Source: a virus
Taxonomy: Duplodnaviria; Caudoviricetes
Length of the DNA: 55,980 nt
Virus record (IMG/VR): IMGVR_UViG_3300012936_002638
Coordinates: 1 to 55,980 of that record
Direction: 5' to 3' (one strand)
Part shown: positions 1 to 9,101 of the stretch, in pieces
How positions within the stretch are numbered: position 1 is the stretch's first letter
How the letters are laid out: every line of letters starts with the position of its first letter
Program-made: the position numbers and the translations under genes
The notes under the pieces: model-generated
Told to the model about the DNA's origin: nothing
The model's input: only the letters and a program-made list of their open reading frames with translations
Databases searched by the model: none

Positions 1-87
1 AAGAATTTACGAACAAATGAAGAAGACAAATATGAGCCAATCGAATCTAAAGAATATTTGATGTGGCGGTTAGCACAGAGTTACTAA
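1..87 (+). CDS. 3' end of a CDS truncated by the window edge
   Basis: Open frame 1 KNLRTNEEDKYEPIESKEYLMWRLAQSY* ending TAA at 85-87, 1 nt before the next ATG. Confidence 0.55.
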   Translation, partial: KNLRTNEEDKYEPIESKEYLMWRLAQSY

Positions 88-88
88 A

Positions 89-1279
89 ATGAATATAGAA
101 ATCACTACAAAGCCTACAGGACGTTCACCCGAAAACAAATATTTCTTTGGTAGTAGAACTGAACATCTTGATCTAACACGACCTAAATATAATAAAATCG
201 GTAATGAAGATGATTTTTGGCCTTTGTATTGGCAACTATATGAACATCAAGATCAATATAAACATGAGCTAGTGTTTTACACAAGTGATCTTTGTTTCCG
301 TGTTATGACTAACGATGATAGACATGCACAGTTCGTAAGGAATATGTTTACAGTAGTAGATAAACCTTACGAACACACAGCCGATTGGAGTATATATCAC
401 AACACAGTAGTTGAAAGCGATCCTAGAATCTATGTACATCTTAATGAACAGGTTATGCTTATTGTTGGTACAACATTCTTAGGTGAGATAAAAAAGGGTG
501 TGTTTGGTATTGTAAGTTTTGAAACTCCTGCAAAAAATATACTGCCTATGCATTGTAGTGCTTTTACCTACAACGATAAAACTAACCTTATGTTTGGACT
601 TAGTGGTACAGGCAAAACTACATTGTCAAGTGATCCAGAATATCAACTTATCAGTGATGATGAAGTGTTATGGACTGACAATGGCATACAAATGATTGAA
701 ACAGGTTGCTATGCTAAGAGCGAAGGCTTAACACCAGAAACACATAAAACTATTTTTGATGCAGTAGAACTAGCACGTAGCAGAGATACTTTAGTTATTG
801 AGAATCCCGGAGCCGCAAATGCTAGACTAAGTTATCCACTTGATTGTGTTGAAAATGCTTACCATGAACCGCAACAGTTTAACCATCCAAATAACATATT
901 CTTTTTGACAATGGATGCAAAAGGTGTATTTCCAGCAGTAAGTAAAATAAGTGGTGACACAGTAAGACGTTTCTTTGAAACAGGCTACACTAGCCAAATG
1001 CCAGGCACCGAAGCAGGCAATAATGAAATCAAACCTTTGTTTAGTCCTTGCTATGGATCACCGTTTATGCCAAGAGCTGTAGGCGTTTATAGCAAGTTAC
1101 TAATGGACAAAATAACTGACGAAGTATGTAATGTTTATTTGATTAACACTGGAATGGATACTGATGGCAAAAGATTTGATTTAGACTTTACAAGGAAGTG
1201 TGTAAAGACTGCTATCGATTTAGATGTAGCTGACGATAGCAAAAACGTATTGCAGACATTGGAGGAACTTATTGAATGA
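89..1279 (+). CDS. pckA: Phosphoenolpyruvate carboxykinase (ATP), shortened form
   Basis: TGRSP, GEIKKGVF, LPMHCSA, P-loop FGLSGTGKTTLS, LISDDE, GCYAK, FFLTMDAKGVFP, FSPCYGSPFMP, YLINTG motifs; 396 aa versus about 530 aa for cellular PckA. Confidence 0.9.
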   Translation: MNIEITTKPTGRSPENKYFFGSRTEHLDLTRPKYNKIGNEDDFWPLYWQLYEHQDQYKHELVFYTSDLCFRVMTNDDRHAQFVRNMFTVVDKPYEHTADWSIYHNTVVESDPRIYVHLNEQVMLIVGTTFLGEIKKGVFGIVSFETPAKNILPMHCSAFTYNDKTNLMFGLSGTGKTTLSSDPEYQLISDDEVLWTDNGIQMIETGCYAKSEGLTPETHKTIFDAVELARSRDTLVIENPGAANARLSYPLDCVENAYHEPQQFNHPNNIFFLTMDAKGVFPAVSKISGDTVRRFFETGYTSQMPGTEAGNNEIKPLFSPCYGSPFMPRAVGVYSKLLMDKITDEVCNVYLINTGMDTDGKRFDLDFTRKCVKTAIDLDVADDSKNVLQTLEELIE

Positions 1280-1614
1280 AATATGTTATAGATATAGACG
1301 GAACTATATGTAAAGAAGTTATTATTCCAGACAGTGGAGGTAAAAAAGATTATGCTAATCATATACCAATGCCAGAGCGTATTGCAAGAGTAAATGCATT
1401 ATATGATGCTGGTCATTCAATCAAATACATGACAGCAAGAGGTTGTGTTAGTGGTGTTGACTACTATGATATAACAAAGAATCAGTTAGATGGTTGGGGT
1501 GCTAAGTATCACGAACTTAGCGTAGGACAGAAAGAAAACTACGATGTATGGATTGACGACAAAGCATTCTGGAGCGAAAACTTTTTCCGAGAAACTGGCG
1601 AAAGCTATGAGTAA
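1276..1614 (+). CDS. Small HAD-superfamily phosphatase-like protein
   Basis: DIDGTI motif I, TARG motif II, WIDDKA motif IV. Confidence 0.75.
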   Translation: MKYVIDIDGTICKEVIIPDSGGKKDYANHIPMPERIARVNALYDAGHSIKYMTARGCVSGVDYYDITKNQLDGWGAKYHELSVGQKENYDVWIDDKAFWSENFFRETGESYE

Positions 1615-2307
1615 ATGTACTTTATAAGTGCGCCATTTGGTAACTATATAAAGAGAAGTTATGCAATAAGTGTAACTGGAACTTGGACGTTACACCCACG
1701 TCCGGGTAGACTTAAACAAATATTAAAAACATTAAGATATACAAAACAAGGCTGGCGTAATAAATTAGGATTGCGTAACCCTGGACTTAGGGCTGGCATG
1801 TTAAAAACAGATTACAATAGTTGTTTAAGTCTAGCCGCAATACAACCTGAAGATTGGTTAAGTATGTATGGTATTATAAGTAGGCAACGTAATATTGAAC
1901 TTAATATAAGTTGCCCTAACTTAGGCACTCACGAAGATACTACAAACTTTGAAGGGTTTAATCTGTTTACAAATCAACAAAGCCAATGGTGTATAGTAAA
2001 AATACCACCTTTAGCAACTAATGATTTAGTTGACAAAATAGTAGATTTAGGTTATACTCAAATACATGCAAGTAACACATTACCAACTGATAAAGGTGGG
2101 CTAAGTGGCAAAGTACTTGTGCCACATACATTAAGGTTAATAGATTATATAAAACAAAAATATCCACACATAACAGTTATCGCTGGCGGCGGTGTATACT
2201 CAAGAAAAGATGCACAAACATATTTAGATGAGGGTGCAGATCATATAAGTTTAGGTACTGTTTGTTTTACTCCGTGGAAACTAAAAGGAATAGTAAATGA
2301 AACTTAA
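1615..2307 (+). CDS. pyrD: Dihydroorotate dehydrogenase-like FMN TIM-barrel protein
   Basis: NKLGLRNPG, ELNISCPN, VKIPP, SNTL, GGLSGK, IAGGGV and GADHISLGT motifs. Confidence 0.75.
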   Translation: MYFISAPFGNYIKRSYAISVTGTWTLHPRPGRLKQILKTLRYTKQGWRNKLGLRNPGLRAGMLKTDYNSCLSLAAIQPEDWLSMYGIISRQRNIELNISCPNLGTHEDTTNFEGFNLFTNQQSQWCIVKIPPLATNDLVDKIVDLGYTQIHASNTLPTDKGGLSGKVLVPHTLRLIDYIKQKYPHITVIAGGGVYSRKDAQTYLDEGADHISLGTVCFTPWKLKGIVNET

Positions 2308-3265
2308 TATAGGTATCAATGGCTTTGGACGTATAGGCCGTTGTGTTGCAAGGCATATAATGAGCCAACGTAATGATTTGAATGTAGTTCAAATCAATGC
2401 TTCAGGCGGAGAAGAAGTAAACATGCACTTGCTAAAGTATGACAGTGTGCATGGGCGGTACACAGGTTCTATACATGAACCTTTGCTATGGACAGAAGAA
2501 AGAGATATAAAAGAACTAAAGTGGCACAATGTTGATGTTGTGTTAGAATGTACAGGTGCTTTCAATAACGGTATTCAATGTATACATCATACAATAAATG
2601 GAGCAAAGAAAGTTGTGATAAGTGCGCCTGCTAAAGAATGTAAACGCACAGTAGTATATGGTGTGAACCATCATGACATATTAAAGCACGAACATGTTGT
2701 TAGCAATGCAAGTTGTACAACAAACTGTTTAGCACCACTTGTTAAAGTATTAGATGAAACTTGTGGTATTGTAGCAGGACAAATGACAACAATACATAGT
2801 TACACAGGAGACCAAAGCACTATAGATAAAAAGCACAAAGATCCTTATAGAGCAAGAGCAGGTGCTGTGAATATGATTCCAACAAGCACAGGAGCCGCTA
2901 AGGCACTAGGAGATGTTTATCCTCCTGTCAAAGGTAAAATAATGGGCGGAGCAATAAGAGTACCCACACCTAATGTAAGTTGCATAGATTTAACAGTACA
3001 AGTTGAAGAACAAGTTACTGAAAGCATAGTTAACAAACATATATACGAAAGCACACGTAATGATATGTCTGGCATTATTGGCTACGAGCCATTGCCATTA
3101 GTAAGCAGTGATTTTAATACAACTAAAGAAAGTTGTATTTTTGCACCAGAACAAACACGAGTATCAAATAATCATTTGGTTAGAGTGTTAGCCTGGTATG
3201 ATAACGAATGGGCGTTCAGTTGTAGAATGGCTGACGTTGCAGACCACATAGGGAGATTAACATGA
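2297..3265 (+). CDS. gap: Type I glyceraldehyde-3-phosphate dehydrogenase
   Basis: GINGFGRIGR, LKYDSVHG, catalytic NASCTTNCLAP, IPTSTGAAKA, RVPTPNVS, WYDNEW. Confidence 0.95.
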   Translation: MKLNIGINGFGRIGRCVARHIMSQRNDLNVVQINASGGEEVNMHLLKYDSVHGRYTGSIHEPLLWTEERDIKELKWHNVDVVLECTGAFNNGIQCIHHTINGAKKVVISAPAKECKRTVVYGVNHHDILKHEHVVSNASCTTNCLAPLVKVLDETCGIVAGQMTTIHSYTGDQSTIDKKHKDPYRARAGAVNMIPTSTGAAKALGDVYPPVKGKIMGGAIRVPTPNVSCIDLTVQVEEQVTESIVNKHIYESTRNDMSGIIGYEPLPLVSSDFNTTKESCIFAPEQTRVSNNHLVRVLAWYDNEWAFSCRMADVADHIGRLT

Positions 3266-4050
3266 AATTTATAGCCGCAATGGATCATAGTGGAGGTAGC
3301 ACAGGAGGCGTGTTAGAACGTTATGGTCAAAAATATACAGAAAATGATAAAATGGAGAAAGTACATGCTATGCGTTTACGCATGGTAAACAGTAAGTTGT
3401 TCACTAATGATAACATTTGGGCGGCTATACTATATAAAGATACAGTTGATAGAGGTATGGTTCCTGTACTTAAACAAAAAGGTATATTACCTATTTTAAA
3501 AATAGATAGTGGTTGCGAAGAGAATGGATATTTAAAATATTTTAGATGGCACGACATGATTGACTATGCAAAAGAAAATGATTGCTATGGTACTAAGATG
3601 CGTAGTATATTAAAAGATGCTAAAGATATGGACATGATTCTAACACAACAGTTTTCACTAGCAGAAATTATAAGTGAAGCAGGATTAATGCCTATTGTAG
3701 AACCAGAGATTCCTATTGAACATCCTGACAAAGAGTTATATGAATATAAACTACGTGATGAACTTGCAGAAAGATTAGATGCATTTAGAGGCAAATGTAT
3801 ATTAAAACTAACATTGCCTGAACAAGATAACTTTTATAGCAATATTATGCAACACGAAAATGTACATAAGATAGTTGGCTTGAGTGGTGGTTATAGTACA
3901 GAAGAAGCATGTGAAAGATTATCAAAGCAAGAAGGCATGTCAGCAAGTTTCAGTAGAGGTTTAAGCGAAGGTTTGTTTTACAGCCAAACTGAAACTGAGT
4001 TTGAAGAAAGAATAAGCAATAACATTATAATGATTAAGGAGGCAGGATGA
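3262..4050 (+). CDS. Class I fructose-bisphosphate aldolase (bacterial type)
   Basis: FIAAMDHSGGST, LKIDSG, GTKMRS, PIVEPEI, LKLTLP, LSGGYS, ASFSRGL. Confidence 0.88.
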   Translation: MKFIAAMDHSGGSTGGVLERYGQKYTENDKMEKVHAMRLRMVNSKLFTNDNIWAAILYKDTVDRGMVPVLKQKGILPILKIDSGCEENGYLKYFRWHDMIDYAKENDCYGTKMRSILKDAKDMDMILTQQFSLAEIISEAGLMPIVEPEIPIEHPDKELYEYKLRDELAERLDAFRGKCILKLTLPEQDNFYSNIMQHENVHKIVGLSGGYSTEEACERLSKQEGMSASFSRGLSEGLFYSQTETEFEERISNNIIMIKEAG

Positions 4051-4454
4051 CTTTTTGGGCTCACAATACAGAAGCAAAACTATTTGAAGCAAAGGAGTTT
4101 ACAAGCCATGCAGGTTTGCCTTTGCATTGGAAAATAGAATGTGAAGCTATTAGACCAGAATGGTGGAATGGACTTGCTAGAATGATAATGGATTATCAAA
4201 CAGAACCATTTAGTAAAGTAGTGGGTATTCCTAGAGGCGGACTACCATTGGCGTCAGCTTTACAAGAATATGCTACACCAGGCGATCATCCTTGGATGGT
4301 TGTTGATGATGTATATACTACAGGAACTAGTTTTAGAGAGTTTTGTACAGCCAAAGAAACAATGTTTGCGTACAAATGGTGTGTTTTTGCACGTAAACCT
4401 ATACCGGAACTAGACAAAGTAAATGCACTTTTTACTATGCCTGCTACAAAATAA
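4047..4454 (+). CDS. Type I phosphoribosyltransferase (orotate PRTase-like)
   Basis: FTSHAG, GIPRGG and PRPP-binding VVDDVYTTGTS. Confidence 0.75.
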   Translation: MTFWAHNTEAKLFEAKEFTSHAGLPLHWKIECEAIRPEWWNGLARMIMDYQTEPFSKVVGIPRGGLPLASALQEYATPGDHPWMVVDDVYTTGTSFREFCTAKETMFAYKWCVFARKPIPELDKVNALFTMPATK

Positions 4455-4468
4455 CACATAATAAATAC

Positions 4469-4497
4469 TTGACTTTATGGCAGATTTCTGCTATATA
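4469..4497 (+). promoter_or_regulatory. Putative sigma70-type promoter
   Basis: TTGACT-17 nt-TATATA with TG extended -10, intergenic, upstream of 4521. Confidence 0.55.
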
Positions 4498-4520
4498 TAA
4501 TATAAAATATGGGGTAAGTA

Positions 4521-4736
4521 ATGGATCCTAAAGCTGAGGCACAAGCAGAAGCTGAAAAAACATTTAATCAGTTTATGCTTTGGACAAAAAGAGTGACAAT
4601 GTACAGTGTCATTTTTTTAGGAGTCGTTGTTGTAGGTTGCAACAGTGGCGTCGAAACGGGTAAGGGTAAAACTGGATCCCAATATAATGGAGAACAATAT
4701 TCTCCAACAAATCTTAATGTAAAGGATAACAAATGA
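4521..4736 (+). CDS. aa3-type cytochrome c oxidase subunit IV-like protein
   Basis: AEKTFNQFMLWTKRVT followed by one TM helix, resembling alphaproteobacterial subunit IV. Confidence 0.6.
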   Translation: MDPKAEAQAEAEKTFNQFMLWTKRVTMYSVIFLGVVVVGCNSGVETGKGKTGSQYNGEQYSPTNLNVKDNK

Positions 4737-5155
4737 GATTATTAACACTTGGATTTATCCTCGCACTGGCTACACCAGCACTGGCTGAGGATATGACTAT
4801 CGATATGCTTAACAAACGTGATGATGGAGCTAAAATGGTTTTTAGCGAAGACATTGCACGTATTGATGTAGGCGATACTATCACTTGGTTGCCAAAATCA
4901 AAAGGACACAATGTAGAGTTCATTGCTGGTCCAGATGGTTGGGACGCACCTAAAAAGTCTAAAAATGGCAAAGAAGTTGCTATTACATTTGACACACCTG
5001 GTATCTATTTGTACCAGTGTACACCACATGCCACAATGGGTATGATTGCACTTGTTGTAGTTGGTGACGATATGTCAAACTTAGATGATATGAAAGCATT
5101 AAAGTTGCGTGGTAAGTCTAAGAAGAAAATGAAAGCATTACTAGGAGACCTGTAA
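4733..5155 (+). CDS. Pseudoazurin (blue copper protein)
   Basis: Signal peptide; MLNK-GAKMVF, GHNVEF and type-1 Cu ligands CTPHATMGM. Confidence 0.9.
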   Translation: MRLLTLGFILALATPALAEDMTIDMLNKRDDGAKMVFSEDIARIDVGDTITWLPKSKGHNVEFIAGPDGWDAPKKSKNGKEVAITFDTPGIYLYQCTPHATMGMIALVVVGDDMSNLDDMKALKLRGKSKKKMKALLGDL

Positions 5156-5195
5156 TGTTAGATCCGGATCACACTTATAGAAAGCGAGTAGGTAA

Positions 5196-5612
5196 ATGAT
5201 GTCATTTGCTAAAAGGATCACTGCACGTATTCCAGAGTTTTGTATGAGCCATTGGCTTATACGTATTCCGCTTGCTATTGTTTTTTTGCAACAAGGTACA
5301 AGTAAGTTACCATTTGATCCAGAAGACGGAGCCGCCTTTGATTTACCAGCATTGGTATGGTGGTTTGTAGTTTATGGTGAGATAGGTGCAGGTATTGGAT
5401 TACTTGTAGGCGGACTAGTGTTGATCAAGGCTTTAAGTGAGCTCAACGATATTATTACACGTTTCAGTGGTATTGTTGTTTGTAGTATAATGACAGGCGT
5501 TATCTGGGTTGGCCAACCAGAGAGCTTTTGGGACGTCATTTTATACGATAACTTACACGTATTTTTATGGGTAGGTGGGCTATTCTTTGCTCTTAGGGGT
5601 AACAGAACTTGA
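5196..5612 (+). CDS. DoxX-family membrane protein
   Basis: RIPLAIVFLQQGTSK, GEIGAGIGLLVG, TRFSG; four TM segments. Confidence 0.75.
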   Translation: MMSFAKRITARIPEFCMSHWLIRIPLAIVFLQQGTSKLPFDPEDGAAFDLPALVWWFVVYGEIGAGIGLLVGGLVLIKALSELNDIITRFSGIVVCSIMTGVIWVGQPESFWDVILYDNLHVFLWVGGLFFALRGNRT

Positions 5613-5818
5613 GCGGACAAAGACGCTTTTTAAAAATGTGGGCAAGAACAGTTGGAATGCCAATAGGTCTTAATGACGATGACAAACCAGAGTTTTTGCC
5701 CATTACACAAACAGATGTTAGGAAGGCACTTGCCTTTAGGACATTTTGGATAGTTTTACACGTTGTTACTTGCTTGTTTATTATAAGCGGTAATGGCAGA
5801 ACATTAGGATTTTGGTAA
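5609..5818 (+). CDS. Hypothetical small membrane protein
   Basis: ORF overlapping the upstream stop; C-terminal hydrophobic helix. Confidence 0.6.
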   Translation: MSGQRRFLKMWARTVGMPIGLNDDDKPEFLPITQTDVRKALAFRTFWIVLHVVTCLFIISGNGRTLGFW

Positions 5819-5946
5819 TGGTTGAAATAGTTGGTATTTTTAGAACGCACACAGTAAAACGTATATTTGATAATGTATGGGACGCAATAGAATATAGAGA
5901 TACACTAGATGCTCATTATGCTAAAGTGCTTTGGAAAGATTTATGA
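5818..5946 (+). CDS. Hypothetical 42-aa protein (below the ORF track cutoff)
   Basis: MVEIVGIFRTHTVKRIFDNVWDAIEYRDTLDAHYAKVLWKDL*; TAATG and ATGA overlaps with both neighbours. Confidence 0.6.
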   Translation: MVEIVGIFRTHTVKRIFDNVWDAIEYRDTLDAHYAKVLWKDL

Positions 5947-6167
5947 AGTGGCTAATATTGATATCATTAACTATGGGTGAACCGTTTGCAATAAAGACAT
6001 TGAAGTTTGATACAAAAAATGAATGTGTTGATTATGTAATGAATCCTAAAAACAGTGATGTATTATCAATAGAAGTAATAGCAGTAGCAGGCTTTAATGA
6101 TCCAGTAACTGGTGTAGCATGTTTACCAGCTAATAGAATAACGAAGGAAAATAAAAATGAAACCTAA
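5943..6167 (+). CDS. Hypothetical secreted protein with two Cys
   Basis: MKWLILISL start with ATGA overlap; FDTKNEC...C pattern. Confidence 0.6.
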   Translation: MKWLILISLTMGEPFAIKTLKFDTKNECVDYVMNPKNSDVLSIEVIAVAGFNDPVTGVACLPANRITKENKNET

Positions 6168-6375
6168 TAATAATTTTATTTTTTCAGTAAATGATATAGA
6201 AATTATTGAAACAGCCTTGAGAAACAAAATGGGCAGACGTGGCATGGCAATGTTGAAAGGGCAAGGTAACAAGCAACTGCAAATAGAGGCAAGACAGCTA
6301 CAAGATTTGCTAGGACGTATTCATCATCAAAAACATTGGTATAGACCAAAAGACAAAACCTACGTATCAGGTTAA
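6157..6375 (+). CDS. Hypothetical protein
   Basis: 72-aa ORF with AAGGA upstream. Confidence 0.6.
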   Translation: MKPNNNFIFSVNDIEIIETALRNKMGRRGMAMLKGQGNKQLQIEARQLQDLLGRIHHQKHWYRPKDKTYVSG

Positions 6376-6445
6376 CAACAGGTGTTGCATATAGACAACG
6401 ATCTATCCGTTTATATTCTAAACTGACATATAAAAACACAAAAGA

Positions 6446-6453
6446 TATAAATA
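6446..6453 (+). promoter_or_regulatory. T4-type late promoter TATAAATA
   Basis: Exact match, intergenic, upstream of the porin gene. Confidence 0.6.
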
Positions 6454-6457
6454 AAAT

Positions 6458-6490
6458 GTGGGCCAGGAGTGTTTCCAAGCCCACTTTTTT
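6458..6490 (+). terminator. Hairpin plus U-tract (terminator or 5' leader hairpin)
   Basis: GTGGGC...GCCCAC followed by TTTTTT. Confidence 0.45.
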
Positions 6491-6518
6491 ACACACATTA
6501 TGAAGGAAGGAAAATAAT

Positions 6519-7280
6519 ATGCGTAAGGTATTTAGTATATTGGCAGTTTTCTTGTTGGCATCAGCGGCTAATGCGGCAGATCTAACAGGTGACGTTGAAC
6601 TGCAATTTGCTCAAGGCGCAAACGACGACTGGGGTGGAACATTAGACGTAGATGTAGATGTAACAGGTAATGCTGGTGCAGTTGCTTTAGGTTTTGGTGC
6701 TACCGAAGGTGGCAATGTAAGTCTAGACACATGGACAGTTGGCACAGAAGTTAATACTATTGGATTAGCAATGGGTAATGACAATGATGCGTTTGTAAAT
6801 GCTGAAGGTGAACACACTATTTCACAACCAGCACTAACAGAATCTTTGATGGTTTCAATGGGTTCAGCAAAAGTTGCTCTTGGTTTCACAGATTGGAACA
6901 CAGATGTAACTGACTTATCAAGCATCCAAGGTTCTTATACAATGGACATGACCGGCATTTCAGTAACAGCGGCTGGTGACTTAAACTTAGACACTGACAA
7001 TATTATCTTAGGTGCAGAAGTAGGCAATGTTCCAGTTGGTGCGTTAGCATTAGGTGGTACTGCAACTTATGACACAGATGCAGAAATGTTTGCATATGAA
7101 GGCGTTATTGGCATGTCAGGTATCACAGGTTACATGAACGGTGATCAAGATGATGCACTTCAAAACGTTGGTGGTGAGTATGTTTACAACTTAGGTGGAG
7201 CAGATCTAACAGGTGGTGTTAACTATAACATCGACAATGAAGATTGGACCCCATCAGTAACAGTAGGCTTTAGCTTCTAA
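6519..7280 (+). CDS. Outer-membrane porin-like beta-barrel protein
   Basis: Signal peptide ending ANA, acidic Gly-rich amphipathic strands, C-terminal VTVGFSF. Confidence 0.75.
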   Translation: MRKVFSILAVFLLASAANAADLTGDVELQFAQGANDDWGGTLDVDVDVTGNAGAVALGFGATEGGNVSLDTWTVGTEVNTIGLAMGNDNDAFVNAEGEHTISQPALTESLMVSMGSAKVALGFTDWNTDVTDLSSIQGSYTMDMTGISVTAAGDLNLDTDNIILGAEVGNVPVGALALGGTATYDTDAEMFAYEGVIGMSGITGYMNGDQDDALQNVGGEYVYNLGGADLTGGVNYNIDNEDWTPSVTVGFSF

Positions 7281-7305
7281 TAAAAAAAGTAAACTTGTAG
7301 TTTAC

Positions 7306-7334
7306 AAAGGGTCGCTTGCAGGCGACCTTTTTTT
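7306..7334 (+). terminator. Rho-independent terminator
   Basis: AGGGTCGCT-TGCA-GGCGACCTT stem followed by a T run. Confidence 0.8.
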
Positions 7335-7351
7335 ATGGTAAATATATTACA

Positions 7352-7696
7352 ATGCTAACACATTTACGCAAATATATAGGTGCATATCTTTTGGCTATGG
7401 TTGCTTTGGCAATCTATCTTGATACACCTGATGACAGCTATCCAGTATGGCTATGGTGGATGATAGGTATAATAGTGTTATGGAAGACACCGCCTTTTAG
7501 TATTGGAGATTGGTTTTGGGGTAAGATAACAGATGTTTTATATCGTATAACTACTCCTTTAAGAAACTGGGTACAAACCTGGCCAGCATGGTTACGAGGT
7601 TTGTTTGCAATAATAACAATAATAGTATTAGAAGAATACGCCCTTTCTCCGCTAGGATATACAATATATCCATGGAGAATGGATTTCGGAGGATAA
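7352..7696 (+). CDS. Hypothetical Trp-rich membrane protein
   Basis: Three hydrophobic segments; start moved to the ATG after the terminator and TAAATA. Confidence 0.6.
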   Translation: MLTHLRKYIGAYLLAMVALAIYLDTPDDSYPVWLWWMIGIIVLWKTPPFSIGDWFWGKITDVLYRITTPLRNWVQTWPAWLRGLFAIITIIVLEEYALSPLGYTIYPWRMDFGG

Positions 7697-7698
7697 CA

Positions 7699-7941
7699 AT
7701 GAATAATGTAATAGAAACTAACTTTGGTAAAAAAGCTGATATAAATCGTATAGCAAACGGTTCAGCTTCAAATATAACTAAACAAGGATCGTTTTATATT
7801 TTTTCAATAAGGCTTAGTAATGAAGATATTAGAGAATATTCATTTACTAATCGTGATAGGGCTGTGTCAATGCGTAAAGTATTGATAGGACATTTAGAAC
7901 AAAAGTATATAAATGAAACAAAAAAGGCTATAGGAGCATAA
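7699..7941 (+). CDS. Hypothetical protein
   Basis: GGAGG SD before ATG 7699 (MNNVIETNFG). Confidence 0.6.
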   Translation: MNNVIETNFGKKADINRIANGSASNITKQGSFYIFSIRLSNEDIREYSFTNRDRAVSMRKVLIGHLEQKYINETKKAIGA

Positions 7942-8082
7942 ATGGAATCACAAGGCGATGTACAAGCAGGTATAGAATTTATATACCATATGCGAGAACA
8001 CTTGGTTGATGTAGGCGTAGCAACGGCATACTTATTTGTTTGCTATGGAATCTATCTACTAATGAAGAAATATATAAAGTGA
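7942..8082 (+). CDS. Hypothetical 46-aa membrane protein (not in the ORF track)
   Basis: MESQGDVQAGIEFIYHMREHLVDVGVATAYLFVCYGIYLLMKKYIK*, AGGAG SD, fills the gap exactly. Confidence 0.6.
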   Translation: MESQGDVQAGIEFIYHMREHLVDVGVATAYLFVCYGIYLLMKKYIK

Positions 8083-8324
8083 ACTGGAAACTGGCCGCAA
8101 TAAAAGCAACGGCAATCATAGTGCCAACTTATGCAGTAGCATTTGCTACAGAGAAAATGGTTTATACTATGCCTATGTTAGCGGCCGCCACAGTTTTTGT
8201 TACTGCACTAGATTTTGATAGTAGTTTCAAAAAAAAAGAGGACGACGACCACGTGATGAGCGAAGGATCGACGACGACGGAGGAATGGACGGGCTCGAAG
8301 GAAGTTGACATAGAGGGAGAATAA
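8079..8324 (+). CDS. Hypothetical membrane protein with acidic tail
   Basis: GTGA overlap start; two hydrophobic helices. Confidence 0.55.
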   Translation: MNWKLAAIKATAIIVPTYAVAFATEKMVYTMPMLAAATVFVTALDFDSSFKKKEDDDHVMSEGSTTTEEWTGSKEVDIEGE

Positions 8325-8325
8325 T

Positions 8326-8805
8326 ATGTATGAATATAGAGCGACAGTACTAAAGGTAGTTGACGGTGATACCGTTGATGTAGACATTGATTTGGGCTTT
8401 GGTGTTGTTTTAACAGACGAACGTGTTAGGATTATGGGTATAGATACACCTGAGTCTCGAACACGAGATAAAGTAGAAGATTTATTTGGTGAAGCCGCAA
8501 AAGCAAGAGTAAAAGAGTTGCTTGGTGAAAAAGTAATTCTTAGAACTGAAATCAATAAAAATGGCGAAGACATGAAAGGCAAGTTTGGCCGAATCTTAGG
8601 TGACTTTCAAATCTATGATGGTAACAAAGATGCATGGAGAATGTTAACTGAAATCCTTATTGACGAAGGACATGCAGTAAAATACCATGGGCAAAACAAA
8701 GATGAAGTGCAAGAAGCACACATTGCCAATAGAGAACGCTTGTTAAATGAAGGAGTTATAAGTAAAGAAGCATATGATGCCGCAGTTGCAAAAATGGAAG
8801 GATAA
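8326..8805 (+). CDS. Thermonuclease (SNase-like) family protein
   Basis: KVVDGDTVD, RVRIMGIDTPE, GKFGRILG. Confidence 0.85.
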   Translation: MYEYRATVLKVVDGDTVDVDIDLGFGVVLTDERVRIMGIDTPESRTRDKVEDLFGEAAKARVKELLGEKVILRTEINKNGEDMKGKFGRILGDFQIYDGNKDAWRMLTEILIDEGHAVKYHGQNKDEVQEAHIANRERLLNEGVISKEAYDAAVAKMEG

Positions 8806-8807
8806 AC

Positions 8808-9035
8808 ATGTCATTTAATACTAGACCTAGCACTATAAACGAAATAAATGGTTGGGTAAGTGCTAGACTTTCAAATGTACATAAGCAAATGGAGATAACT
8901 CCAGAAGACGATCCACTTTACGAATATCTTTTAGAAAGAAAACAATATTTAGAGAAATTTATTGAAGCAAGACAATCAATGATTGGTAAAACCTTACCAG
9001 AGAATCCACGTGACAAATGGAAGAAATGGAAATAA
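8808..9035 (+). CDS. Hypothetical protein
   Basis: 75-aa ORF with AAGGA SD. Confidence 0.55.
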   Translation: MSFNTRPSTINEINGWVSARLSNVHKQMEITPEDDPLYEYLLERKQYLEKFIEARQSMIGKTLPENPRDKWKKWK

Positions 9036-9039
9036 AAGG

Positions 9040-9068
9040 TTGACTTAGATAAAAACTTGCGTTATTGT
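9040..9068 (+). promoter_or_regulatory. Putative early sigma70-type promoter
   Basis: (GG)TTGACT-17 nt-TATTGT, intergenic. Confidence 0.55.
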
Positions 9069-9101
9069 AGTAATAGTACTAACTTACTACGGAGCAAAAG
9101 T

